Shown: piece after piece, positions 1 through 12,472 of the stretch
Layout of the letters: every line of letters begins with the position of its first letter
Position numbering within the stretch: the stretch's first letter is position 1
Assembly (NCBI RefSeq): GCF_006345805.1
Contig: NC_042999.1
Coordinates: 37,262,001 to 37,326,000 of the forward strand
Origin: Octopus sinensis
Taxonomy: Eukaryota
Direction: 5' to 3'
DNA length: 64,000 bases
Notes under the pieces: generated by a model
The model's database searches: none
What the model saw: only the letters and a program-made list of their open reading frames with translations
Told to the model about the DNA's origin: nothing
Program-made: the position numbers and the translations under genes

Positions 1-415
1 TCCTTCGCCATCTTCACAGGTATGAAATGCCATTCTCTGTGGCTGAGCTCCTACAATTCTTCAAGATTGTGTGGATTCTTCTGACGAACTCCTCTCTTTA
101 GTTCTGTCTCCATTTGCTCAATGATATTTAAGTCAGGGCTTTGAGCTGGCTATTCTTTCCATTCGGTAACACCTTCATCAACCAGACTCTGTTGTGTTGC
201 ACGCAGTCTGTAGTATGGAGCTCCATCATGCTGAAAAGTCTCACTTTCATCTAAGATTGGTATGAAATTGTCCTTCAGCAACTGGATGTATTTGACACTA
301 TTCAATTTACCGTCAATTTTAACCAACTTTCTTGAACCATCACTTTTTATGTATCCTTAAAGCATTAGACTCTTACCCCCGAACATTTCTATAATCGTCG
401 TGTAACGTGGGTCGT
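1..415 (-). mobile_element. Tc1-like transposase remnant (DDE C-terminal part)
   Basis: Minus strand reads LVKIDGKLNSVKYIQLLKDNF..FQHDGAPYY..E*PAQSPDLNIIE..NPHNLEEL, with stops. Confidence 0.9.
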
Positions 416-420
416 TTCGC

Positions 421-848
421 TAACGTTTCTTATTTCTTTATTGTCCACAAGGGGCTAAACATAGAGGGGACAAACAAGGACAGACAAACGGATTAAGCTG
501 ATTACACCGACCCCAGTGCGTAACTGGTACTTATTTAATCGACCCCGAAAGGATGAAAGGCAAAGTCGACCTCGGCGGAATTTGAACTCAGAACGTAACG
601 GTAGACGAAATACCTGTTTCTTTACTACCCACAAGGGGATAAACACAGAGGGGACAAACAAGGACAAGACATAGGTATTAAGTAGATTACATCGACTCCA
701 GTGCGCAACTGGTACTTAATTTATCGACCCCGAAAGGATGGAAGGCAAAGTCAACCTCGGCGGAATTTGAACTCAGAACGTACCAGCAGACGAAATACGG
801 CTACACATTTCGCCCGGAGTGCAAACGATTCTGCCAGCTCGTCGCCTT
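421..848 (-). mobile_element. SINE family M (tRNA-like head GGCGGCGAGCTGGCAG), concatemer
   Basis: Head at 848; body GGTCGACTTTGCCTTTCATCCTTTCGGGGTCGAT twice; internal junctions near 610 and 425. Confidence 0.85.
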
Positions 849-1227
849 AAATAACACCCAACAGCAACAATAACCGTAGTTATAACGATAATTATAGGGG
901 TAGTAACAACAACAACAAAAATAACGATGTAAATATGCAAACAAACACAAGCAATACTGGCAACAACAATACGCACAGAAACATCATCATCATCAGCAGC
1001 AGCAGCAGCTGTACCACCACCAATTGATTTAATCCTTTTGTCTGTCCTTGTTTTTCCCCTCTATGTTTAGCCTCTTGTGGGCAATAGAGAAATAAGTCAT
1101 AGGATGCGAGCTGCATTTATCCGAAAACTCTACCTTTCAACAAAGGAGGTTGTATCCCACAAGTAGTTTCTGCTCCTCTAGATCAGTAAGAAGGAGACAC
1201 CCCTCACTGTAACTTTAATGGCCCTAG

Positions 1228-1310
<83 letters not shown>

Positions 1311-1649
1311 TGGGTCGGGTGGACCAGAGCTATACGGACCCTCGAAAACTACGGCTGGGTTAGGAAAATGGTCACACATACGGTAGGTGCGAGTAGCAGA
1401 GCATCCAGCAAATAGCTAACTCCATCAGCCAGAGTGTTAAAGTAACAGTAGATTACCCTAGCAAGCACCCTAACTATAGGCTAACGGTTTTAGACACAGA
1501 ACTCTGGCTGGAAACAAGGAATAATAAGGTCCAGATCCTTCGTTCTCTCTATGCCAAATTCATGACCTCTAAATATCCGGTCCACATGAGAAAGAAAAAC
1601 AACAGAGAAATAAATAAATAAATAAATAAATAAATAAATGAAAGAATAA

Positions 1650-2083
1650 TTTTTGACCTACAGATTTAAAAAATATTTTTTTGTAACTAAACACTTTCAA
1701 ACTTCGGGCACTGGTAGAATGCGTCATATAAACTATCTTTTACTCTTATCATTTTTGAGAAAAACTTATATTTAAGAAGTTATTTCACGTCAAAGTACAA
1801 ACACACGAACGATGTCATAAATAAAAGTGACAAACGAAAAATACACCACCGATAGTTGTTGTTGACAAACAACGGTAGTAATTTTATTCAGCTGAATACA
1901 CGTCATTGATTGGTTGAAATTACCGAAATACGAGAACTTTAACGTGAAATAACTTCGTAAATATAAATTTTTCTCAAAAATGCTAAGAGCAAAAGATGTT
2001 TTATATGACCAGTGTCCGAAGTTTGAAAGTGTTTAGTTACAAAAAATTATTTTTTGAATCTGTAGGTCAAAAGGTAAAGATCC
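1650..2083. mobile_element. Long-TIR non-autonomous DNA element, left end truncated
   Basis: TTTTGACCTACAGAT..ACACTTTCAAACTTCGG is inverted at the right end ..ATCTGTAGGTCAAAAGGTAAAGATCC; related to 27593 and 28724. Confidence 0.8.
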
Positions 2084-2130
2084 GACACCGGTACAAACAG
2101 TTTGGTAAGCAAACTCGCACACACACACAC

Positions 2131-2170
<40 letters not shown>

Positions 2171-2679
2171 CACACACACACAAAACATATTGACACGCAC
2201 GCACACTTACACAGATACAGACGCAATCGCATGCACAGATAAGCATACACACCATAGAAAGACAGAATGGACTAAACAGAACAGGAGAAGACACGTGGGA
2301 GGGAGATTCGCTGAAGAGGTCACAAGATGTGTGTCGAAAGGTTTTAGACAAAGGACACTAAAATAATAACAATAATAATAATAATGCTGAAGTGAAGAAA
2401 AAATACATAGTGCGTGTATTTATTTGGCAAAAAAAAAATGACCGCCTCGAAATCGTTAAAAAATTTCATACCATAATCACATCAGTCAGTCATATCTTCT
2501 TAATCCTTTAACTCCAGGTCGTCAGCAAGAGATCTCCATCTGCTTCGCTCTTTGACAATAGATTGCAGTTGTCCCCCGGTGTTGCTACCTCTCAGTGCTT
2601 CCATTTCTGTGGACTTTTCCCATATTGTTTTTGGTTTGCCCATTTTGTTTATTCTATTTTAATTTTGCTTTCTTTTTAG

Positions 2680-2763
2680 GGAGAAGATGGTCAGCCACTA
2701 GAACAAGAAACCGAAGAAGGTCTCGTTACAAGCCATGCGTATGCTGTCACGAAAATTGCGACG
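2680..2763 (+). CDS. CAPN: Calpain, first exon in window (CysPc domain, catalytic His)
   Basis: tttttag|...|gtaag; 84 nt, phase 0/0; GEDGQPLEQETEEGLVTSHAYAVTKIAT matches calpain GLVxGHAYSVT. Paralogue identity unresolved. Confidence 0.95.
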
Positions 2764-2810
2764 GTAAGAAATTATCATCAAATCTCAATGTAACTAACAT
2801 TCATTAAGAA

Positions 2811-3113
2811 GTTTGTTCCTTCTCGAGCCGTGCCTGGCTCATAAGGGCTGGTTTTCCGGTTTCCTTGGCATATAAGTTCCCCACCTGAACGGGACACCGG
2901 TCCGTCAGAGGTGAGCTGCAAGATGCAGGAGGAAAGAGTGAGAGAAAGTTGTGGCGAAAGAGTCAGCAAAAGTTCGCCATTACCTTCTGCCGGAGCCGCG
3001 TGGAGCTTAGGTGTTTCGCTCATAAACACACACATCGCCCTGTCTGAGATTCGTACCTGCGATCCCTTGACCGCGAGTCCGCTGCTCTAACTACTAGGCC
3101 ATGTGCCTCCACA
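2811..3113 (-). mobile_element. tRNA(Arg)-like SINE, tail type 2 (resembles octopus OR-type SINEs)
   Basis: A/B-box head GTGGAGGCACATGGCCTAGT..; TSD CATTAAGAA at 2802-2810 and 3114-3122; lies 47 nt after the exon donor. Confidence 0.88.
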
Positions 3114-3346
3114 CATTAAGAATTATTTATACTAAAAAGTATCGCTACTAGATGATATATGATATATAGGAAAGTTTTAATATTAAACTACTTAGATATT
3201 TTCTTTCTAATTTTGGTACAAGGCCATTAATTTTGAGTGGATGGGGGTCTTTTATTTTATCGACCCCAGGGAGGCGGGGATGAAGGCAAAGCTTACTCGG
3301 TGGTATCTGAGCTCAGAACGTAAAGAGTCGGAAAATATTCCGCTAT

Positions 3347-3509
3347 AGGCGTAGGAGTGGCTGTGTGGTAAGTAACTTGCTTACCAGCCACATGGTTTCG
3401 GGTTCAGTCCCACCGCGTGACACCTTGGGCAAGTGTCTTCTACAATAACCTCGGGCCGACCAAAGCTTTGTTAGTGGATTTGGTAGACGGAAACTGAAAG
3501 AAGCCCGTC

Positions 3510-3542
<33 letters not shown>

Positions 3543-3812
3543 ATATTTATATGTATGTATGTATGTATGTATGTATTTATGTATGTATGTATGTATGTAT
3601 GTTTGTGTGTCTGTGTTTGTCCCCCAGCATCCGCTTGACAACCGATGCTGGTGTGTTTACATCCCCGTAACTTAGAGGTTCGGCAAAAGAGACCGATAGA
3701 ATAAGTACTAGGCTTACAAAGAATAAGTGTACTGGGGTCGATTTGCTCGACTAAAGGCGGTGCTCCAGCATGGTCGCAGTCAAATGACTGAAACAAGTAA
3801 AAGAGTAAAAAA
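3347..3812 (+). mobile_element. SINE family A (head AGGCGTAGGAGTGGCTGTGTGG, internal TA/TG microsatellite)
   Basis: tRNA-like head, CCTTGGGCAAGT, (TA)n(TATG)n, tail ending GAAACAAGTAAAAGAG; more than 10 copies in window. Confidence 0.88.
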
Positions 3813-4195
3813 AAGCAGTCTCTTGCTCTCCCGAGCTTACCCTCGAGGTATAGTGCCTATTTAACCCTTAGGTAAGCAAGACTGACTGACTGGTTCGCGT
3901 GACATCAGGATATTTTTTTTACCGGAAGATAGGATTTCATCTTAGCTCCCGTAACTGAGTAGGGTTTCATATCACCTTGAAGTTAAGGTGGATTACGGGT
4001 AAAATGACTGATGTTTTTAATCAAGACTATACAGTTTAAAATTGTCGTACCTATTTTTGGCTGAAATATCTTGATTTTTATAAGATTAGTAAAACCAAGA
4101 AAATCATCCGAAGACTACGCGAATTTAAACCATTTGACAGCGAATAGATTAAATAGTTTCAGGATCTACTATCAAAAATTATAGTGGTTACGACA

Positions 4196-4204
4196 TCAAC
4201 AACA

Positions 4205-4237
<33 letters not shown>

Positions 4238-4481
4238 GCCGACGCCAGGACCAGCAGCAGCATCACCACCATCACCACCACAACACCACCACCACCACCA
4301 TCACGCCATCACTACCACCACCACCACTACCACCACACCATCACCACCACCAGCACCTCCACCAGCACTTTCACCACCACCACCACCACCACACCACCAC
4401 TACCATCACACCATCACCACCACCACCGTCACCACCACCGTCACCACCACCGCCGTCGCTACTACTACTACTACTACTACA
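4196..4481. repeat. Compound trinucleotide microsatellite (ACT/CAG/CAC)
   Basis: Visible runs. Confidence 0.9.
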
Positions 4482-5117
4482 TTTATTCCTGTACTGTGCT
4501 GTGACCGAGTTTTTGAGTATCTTTAATTCCAAATAACCCTACAAAGATAAGTGAGAGAGGACAGCTGGATGGAGTCGAACAGCTTTAATTGAAAATTCTT
4601 GATAAATTTATACTGGAGTAAAACAAAACTCAGTGACGTTCATGGCTTTCTGTTAGACATTAGTTGCGCAAAAGAAGTATCCATAGTTCTAACCCTTTGC
4701 CCCATACAAATCATTTTCATAAGTTTTTAGTTATCCCTTGTTTCATACGTTCTGAGTAATATAAAGCTTTCCTTTAATAAATTATAAGTTACTCTGGAGG
4801 TTGAAAAATCGGGAATGTGTATCATATACGATGTGTGGACACCAAGGATGACATGTGATACAAGACAGGTTAAGTGGACACAACCGATTTTCAGACTTGG
4901 TTCTGATTTTTATATTTCTTGCTCTAAATCGATCTCCATTCTACTGTTAATTCATCGATCATTTTTTGATCGTTTATTTCTTATTTTGTTTTGATTTTAG
5001 CACAGTGACTCATTTAAATTCCGTTTACTCATTGAAGTTTCAGTTAAGATCATGAATTTAAGAATGTGTAACTATTTTACTTCCAAACGGGTTGTTATAC
5101 TGGTATGTGTAGTAGTA

Positions 5118-5506
5118 GTGGAGGCGCAATGACCCAGTGGTTAGGGCAGCGGACTCGCGGTCATAGGATCGCGGTTTCGATTCCCAGATCGGGCGTTGTG
5201 AGTGTTTATTGAGCGAAAACACCTAAAAGCTCCACGAGGCTCCGGCAGGGGATGGTGGTGATCCCTGCTGTACTCTTTCACCACAACTTTCTCTCACTCT
5301 TACTTCCTGTTTCTGTTGTACCTGTATTTCAAAGGGCCGGCCTTGTCACTCTCTGTGTCACGCTGAATATCCCCGAGAACTACGTTAAGGGTGCACGTGT
5401 TTGTGGAGTGCTCAGCCACTTACACGTTAATTTCATGAGCAGGCTGTTCCGTTGATTCGGATCAACCGGAACCCTCGTCGTCGTAACCGACGGAGTGCTT
5501 CCATCC
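5118..5506 (+). mobile_element. tRNA(Arg)-like SINE, tail type 1
   Basis: GTGGAGGCGCAATG..GTTTCGATTCCC head; TSD ATGTGTAGTAGT at 5105-5116 and 5507-5518. Confidence 0.9.
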
Positions 5507-5613
5507 ATGTGTAGTAGTTATTCTTGCTGGTGCATCATTACACACACTTATTTCAACTACAGATATATGTTCCAACTCTTTGCCTTATTAATGAGCTTTA
5601 ATATTTAGAGAGC

Positions 5614-5987
5614 CGTGGGTTCAAATGCTACTGAGGTCGACTTTGCCCTTCATCCTTTCAGGTTCGATAAAATAAGTACCAGTGGAGCACGGGGGTCGAT
5701 GTAATCGATTTGCCCTCTCCACCGAAATTGTTGGCCTTGTGCCAAAATTTGAAATCAATATTTAGAGAGCTGAAGGCGGCGAACTGGCAGAATCGTTACC
5801 GTGCCAGGCAAAATGCTTAGCGGCATTTCATCAGTCTTTACGTTCTGAGTTCAAATTCCACCGAGGTCGAATTTGCCTTTCATCCCTTTCAGAGCCGATA
5901 AAATAAGTACCAGGTGAACACTGGAGTCGATGTAATCGACTTATCCCTTTCTCCGAAGTTGCTGGCCTTGTGCCAAAATTTGAAATC
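5614..5987 (+). mobile_element. Two tandem family-M SINEs with old-type tail
   Basis: Tails GGCCTTGTGCCAAAATTTGAAATC; delimited by three copies of AATATTTAGAGAGC. Confidence 0.8.
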
Positions 5988-6409
5988 AATATTTAGAGAG
6001 CCGGAAACAATTACATAATTGCAGTGTTACAAGCACTTTTGATCTGCGACTATCTTACGATAGTAAAATTCTTTCTATTATAGGCACAAGGCCTATAATA
6101 GACGGAGGGGATGAGTCAATATCATCGACCTTACTATAGCTTTTTTAAGCTATACGCAAACTAGTGGAGATGAGAATACATTTATCAAAGATTTATTTAT
6201 TACTACATCAGGACTTAAGTCGCCAGTTATTTCTGTTTAGTTCATTCAGATTCGTTTAACACTGTTGACATTCTTTTGTTTTTCTTCTCCTACCGGAAGT
6301 CCCTTTTTTTTTGTTGCTGCTGACCAACTTCCTAGCTAACCCGCAGGATTCGTGGCAGTTCGTCTGTCACGAATCCTGCCCAACACACACAACAATATTA
6401 TGTAAATAT

Positions 6410-6645
6410 GGAAGGCGGCGAGCTGGCAGAAACGTTAGCACGCCGGGCGAAATGCGTAGCCATATTTCGTCTGCCGTTACGTTCGAGTTCAAATTCCGCC
6501 GAGGTCGATTTTACCTTTCATCCTTTCGGGGTCGATAAATTAAGTACCAGTTACGCACTGGGGTCAATGTAATCGACATAATCCCTTTGTCCGTCCTTGT
6601 TTGTCCTCTCTATGTTTAGCCCCTTGTGGGTAGTAAAGAAAAATA
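6410..6645 (+). mobile_element. Family-M SINE monomer, young tail
   Basis: Perfect 16-bp TSD AATATTATGTAAATAT at 6394-6409 and 6646-6661. Confidence 0.9.
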
Positions 6646-7187
6646 AATATTATGTAAATATCAACTTTGGTACAGAAGTACCGGCAGAATGATATTCCTG
6701 TAGCGCATGCAGACAATTTGGCCCAGCTAAGAATTTGAATGTCTAACTTCATGGCACTAATTTTTATCAAAGGTTTATTACTTTACGCACATCAGGGCTT
6801 AAGTCGCCAGCTATTTCTGTTTAGTTCACTCAGATTCGTTTCACACTCACTGTTGACATTCTTTTTTTTCTTCTCCTACCGAAAGTCCCTTTTGTTTTTC
6901 TACTGATCAACTTCTTAGCTAGCGAAGTTTCTGTCTACAGTTCGTCTGTCACGAATTCTGACTTTCATTAGTACTGAAAGGGTACTTATTTTAGCAACGC
7001 CGAAAGGAAGAAAAGCAACGTTGACCTTGGCGGAATCTGAACTTAGAATGTAAAGACGTACGAAATGTCGCTAAGAATTTTGTCCGGCGTGCTAGCGATT
7101 CTGTCAGCTCATCGTTTTTGAGTATCTTAAGATAAATTTTCTTTGCCATCCATCCATCCATCCATCCATCCGTCTGTCAGTCCGTCC

Positions 7188-7259
<72 letters not shown>

Positions 7260-7714
7260 TAGACCGACAGACTGCGATATTTTAGTCCCTAAGATATAAG
7301 AAGCGGGGGAATAATACTTGACGATCATAGCTGGAATGCCCTTAATCATAGGTCTGTTCAACCAAGGCTTACATGGGGCTAAGTGACTAACAAGAACTAC
7401 AACCGGAAAGTAAAATTCATAGAAATTAACAACATGGACCAGCAACAGACAAGGTATTTCTGCTTAAATCTTTACACACTATAAAAACAAACAAACAAAC
7501 AAAAGAAGTCAGGTGCTGGAATCCTATAGAAATAGAAACGCAGAATTGTTAAGCTTTTGTGTGAGTGACAAGGCTACAAAAGATATAATGAAACCTAAAG
7601 GTAGATATGAATACCGAGGTTTATTGTTGGACTAAAAACTACATTCCAACGTACCTAAAGCAATCTATTAAGGGAAAATCACGTGAGACCGAGAAAAATT
7701 CATAGTTTGAACCA

Positions 7715-8007
<293 letters not shown>

Positions 8008-8189
8008 GCAGTTAACAAACTTGAATAGATTCATAAATTCATAATGCATTGAAGAAGGAATTCTAATATTAGAGAACGATCGTTTTTTTTTTTTGTTTTG
8101 TTTTCTGACGGAAAGCTATGCTTTGAAACATTGGACAAACTTATTTACTGGCAGAGCTAATTTAATTTTATGGCCTTTATGAATCAACT

Positions 8190-8568
8190 GTGGAGGCGCA
8201 ATGGCCCAGTGGTTAGGGCAGCGGACTCGCGGTCATAGGATCGCGGTTTCGATTCCCAGACCGGGCGTTGTGAGTGCTTATTGAGCGAAAACACCTAAAA
8301 GCTCCACGAGGCTCCGGCAGGGGATGGTGGTGATCCCTGCTGTACTCTTTCACCACAACTTTCTCTTACTTCCTGTTTCTGTTGTGCCTGTATTTTAAGG
8401 GGCCGGCCTTGTCACTCTCTGTGTCACGCTGAATATCCCCGAGAACTACGTTAAGGGTGCACGTGTCTGTGGAGTGCTCAGCCACTTACACGTTAATTTC
8501 ACGAGCAGGCTGTTCCGTTGATTCGGATCAACCGGAACCCTCGTCGTCGTAACCGACGTGCTTCCACA
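8190..8568 (+). mobile_element. tRNA(Arg)-like SINE, tail type 1
   Basis: TSD TATGAATCAACT at 8178-8189 and 8569-8580. Confidence 0.9.
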
Positions 8569-9199
8569 TATGAATCAACTTAGCAAAACTGCTTTAAATG
8601 CAAAGTCTGCGCATACAAGCTGAGTCATTCTTACACTCAAACAGTAATTTTCACACTCAAGTAGAGTCTCATTCTCACACTAAAGTAGTATCATTCTCAA
8701 TCCCAAACGGTCATTCTAACAATAAATTAGTCATTCTCACACTCATACAGTCAATTTCAAACTCGAGCAACCATCATCACACTCAAGCACAGTTATTCTA
8801 GTAGTGAGAAATTTATAATAAATACATAAGCTATAAAAATGTCAGGATATTTTTTTCTTTTGATTCGTGTTCTAGTTTATTGTATATTTGATAAGATAGA
8901 CACAAGGCCAGAAATCTGGAGGGAACGGAAAAGTCGGTCATATTGGCCCAGTATTTGACTGGTAGTTTATTTTATCGGATCTGGGGGTATGCAAAGCGAA
9001 ATTGACTCCAGCGGGATTTCAACTCAGAATGTAAACAACCGAAATACCGCAAGATAGCTTGTCTGATGCTCTAAGGATTTTGTCTATACCACTTCAAGTT
9101 TACTATTTTAACCAATTAATGCCCATAGTATGTTTTAGAATAATTATCATTTCACCAACAAGTGAATTTTATAGAAAGATATTTATTTAAACATAGATG

Positions 9200-9790
9200 T
9201 TGGCTTTAAATTTTGGCACAAGTCCAGCAGTTTCGGGGAAGGGGCTTAGTCGGTTACATCGACCCCTGTGCTCAACTGGTACTAAGTTGACCTAGGCGGA
9301 ATTTAAACTCAGAACGTAGCATTTTACTCAGTATGCTAACGATTCTTATTTCTTTATTGCCCGCAAGGGGCTAAACATAGAGGGGATAAATAAGGACAGA
9401 CAAAGGGATTAAGTCGATTACATCGACCCCAGTGCGTAACTGGTACTTAATTTATCAACCCATAAAGGATGGAAAGCAAAGTCGACCTCTGCGGAATTTG
9501 AACTCAGAATGTAACGGCAGACAAAATACCTATTTCTTTACAACCCACAAGGGGCTAAACAGAGAGAGGACAAAAAGGACAGACAAACGGATTAAGTCGA
9601 TTATATCGATTCCAGTGCGTAACTGGTACTTATTTAATCGACCCCGAAAGGATGAAAGGCAAAGTCGGCCTCGGTGGAATTTGAACTCAGAACGTAACAG
9701 CAGACGAAATACGGCTACGCATTTCGCTCGGCGTGCAAACGTTTGTCTGTCCTTGTTTGTCCCCTCTGTGTTTAGCCCCTTGTGGGTAGT
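9200..9790. mobile_element. Cluster of family-M SINE units (mostly minus strand)
   Basis: Repeated body/tail units with junctions at about 9345 and 9525. Confidence 0.8.
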
Positions 9791-9834
9791 CAAGAAAAAG
9801 GTAAATTGAAATGAAATATCAAGTAAGATGAAAT

Positions 9835-10085
9835 TAACTTCCAGATGCCACCCAGGGGTGATTTGAAATCGGTTTTATTCCCCGATCCTACCTCTCTCTT
9901 CATGTTCCATGCTTCCAGGCGTCGGCGATCATGAGCCTTCTTGATATGTCTTAAGATTCATGACTTTCTTTCGGAAGGATTTTTGCAGTCGTTTCCCGTA
10001 GTCTTGTTCCAGTGTATTTACATTTTACGTTGCTAGTTTCCTGCCCTCTGGGGATTATCCTCGAGGCAGATGGCCTTTTTAACCA
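9835..10085 (-). mobile_element. Degenerate Penelope-like GIY-YIG C-terminal remnant
   Basis: Minus strand reads ..IHWNKT..RRRLEAWNMKR..GNKTD..W, similar to PLE RKIKEA.I...N.D.G tails; contains stops. Confidence 0.4.
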
Positions 10086-10339
10086 GGTGGGGAATATCTG
10101 GTGCACGTGACATCAAGATATTCGGATTACCGGAGGTAGGATTTCATCTTAGCTTCCGTAACTGAGAATGGTTTCATATCACTTTAAAGTTTAGGTGAAT
10201 TAGGATTAAACTTAAATTGCTTTTAAGGTGACAGCAGTCACTGGGCAGCGACTTCATATTACCCCTAATTCACGAACAATCTGATTCCTCAGGAAGGTAA
10301 CTCAACACCATTTCAGTTGGTTGTCAATTACAAATAAAT

Positions 10340-10503
10340 AGGGGCAGGAGTGGTTGTGAGGTAAGTAGCTTGCTTGCCAACCACATGGTTCCGTGTTCAG
10401 TCACACTGCGTAGCACCTTGGGCAAGTGTCTTCTACTTTAGCCTCCGGCCGACCAAAGCCTTGTGAGTGGATTTGGTAGACGGAAACTGGAAGAAGCCCG
10501 TCG

Positions 10504-10544
<41 letters not shown>

Positions 10545-10760
10545 ATATGTTTGTGTGTCTGTGTTTGCCCCCCCCCACATCACTTGACAACCAGTGCAGG
10601 TGTGTTTAAGCCTCCGAAACTTAGCGGTTCGGCAAAAGACACCAATAGATTAAGTAGTAGGCTTACAAAGAATAACTCCTGGGGTCGATTTGATTCGACT
10701 AAAGGCGGTGCTCCAGCATGGCCGCAGTCAAATGACTGAAACAAGTAAAAGAATAAAAAA
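10340..10760 (+). mobile_element. SINE family A
   Basis: Same head, internal (TA)n and tail as 3347. Confidence 0.85.
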
Positions 10761-12217
10761 ATAAACGAAAGAAATACAAACAAAATACTGATATTGTTCG
10801 AAACAATTATATTTTCAAGATTTGAATAATTACGTTTGACAGTATAGATTTGATAGAAAGCTGATCAATTTACCGAGAAACAGACTAAACTGCAGTAAAA
10901 ACAGAGAGTTAGATTATGTACATAGTATATATGATCAACTACATACTAGTGGTAACTATAACAATAAAATGAAAAGAAACGAATTATGTATAATTCATAA
11001 ACAGAATGGCGTTCAGTAGCCTAAAGCAAATGAAAATATTGATCCACAATTAGTTATGTGCAAGGCAGTACTGCCCGGTTATGCAAATACCCTATATAAT
11101 CAATAACATATTCACATTTAAATGGATTCATATTTTTTCTAACCTTAAATAGGGATTTCAGATAATGTTCCGTAGAGATAAGCGATTTTACTAACGGATC
11201 ATCAGATGCGGTTGGAAGTTAAATTCTAACATTGACGATGGTTTTCAAAACTGCTAGGGGACTAAAAGATGTCTAATGATATCTATTCTGGCTTTTTGAG
11301 TTCTGACTGTAACGTCTACCAAGCTGTATCGGTCTAAGTCGGCGGCCTTTCACTTGCACAAATATTGCTGGCGGAGAAAGGAGACGGCTTGCATGCATTG
11401 GCAACCACTAGTCTTACTCACAAATTTCACACTGGTCTGCATATACGTGTACATTTATCGATGGAGGCCCCAAGATAGGGGTCATAGTTTTCGCATTCAT
11501 CAATCTTTTCATTGTAGTTTTCAATATAAAGTCTTCAACAGACGATTAGTATTCTTTTACGTAGCTTTTCTTTTAAGATTCCTTTATATTACATTAATAT
11601 ACCATCTTTGAATTGCTTAGGGAAGCAGCAGCGTAACTAGGAAGTGGGGCAATGTGGGACGGTCCGCTTTGGACGACGCTTTTTAGGGGGTTACAGTTTT
11701 AGTCTGCTGTATAAGCCTGTATAAGTTACATTGGCCGGGGTTGGAGAATTCAAGAGCTACCGTAGCTGCATCACAATACAGAACATGGTTTCAGAAAAAA
11801 AAAAAATTTTTGTTTTTCTGTAATGCTATGATTTTTATCACCGAACTTCTACATGTATGCACGCACATACACACTCACACGCAAACATACACATATGAAT
11901 TTGTGGTGTACTCAATACTTGTAATGAGTTAAATAGTTATTAAACTATAGCGCCTTACTAGTGATATTTCATTACCCGGAATAGTATTACAGCACGATTT
12001 CGGCAACATGTCCTATTCATGTATCTCCATACAGGTTACATATATTGCATCATACCTTGATGCTGTGTGGATTGAGACCCCCGTTGACAGGCTACTGATA
12101 TCAAATAAAGTGTTAAATATTTACGACATGCAAATTAGTAGCTTCAGTTCTCTGTAGTTTCTAGATTTGTTGGGTATACAAACAAATTGTCTCTGAAACT
12201 GGTCAAAGTGACGTTGT

Positions 12218-12262
12218 CATCTCTGATGAGAATCCAATAAGGTTCGAAAATCGATTAAGACT
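12218..12262 (+). ncRNA. Minimal type-I hammerhead ribozyme motif
   Basis: TCT-CTGATGA-GAATC(CAATAA)GGTTC-GAAA-A(TCGA)T-TA-AGA; intact core, 5-bp stem II, palindromic stem III AATCGATT, UUA site. Confidence 0.7.
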
Positions 12263-12332
12263 TGTTCATCATTATTTTTTTTTCAATCTACGGAGAAATA
12301 GTTGTTCTTTTTATATATCTACTACATCGGTT

Positions 12333-12370
<38 letters not shown>

Positions 12371-12472
12371 GTAATAAAGTACTAGCCACGTACTGGGGTC
12401 AATGGCATCAACTAATCACCTATCAAAATCACTGGCCTTGTGCCTAAATTAGAAACCGTTGTTATATAGATA

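Noticed and set aside
455-667. Recurrent ORFs such as MRNWYLIYRP.. and MVVIPAVLFHH..
   Set aside because: Chance frames in SINE copies.
2480-2530. Minus-strand CTGACGA, and a plus-strand TCCTTTAAC resembling a U12 branch site
   Set aside because: No GAAA/stem III. The branch-like motif is too close to its AG and the following sequence is not calpain-like.
4184-4504. Poly-Thr/His ORF
   Set aside because: Compound trinucleotide microsatellite.
5118-5200. tRNA-like sequences with A/B boxes (many copies)
   Set aside because: They continue into SINE bodies with TSDs, so they are SINE heads and not tRNA genes.
7352-7452. Candidate calpain exon ending ACAAG|GTATT
   Set aside because: Stops in all three frames; 2763 joins 14444 in phase without it.
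11160-11215. Minus-strand CTGATGA with TCCGT/ACGGA stem
   Set aside because: No GAAA after the stem and no G-C closing pair, so not a credible hammerhead.
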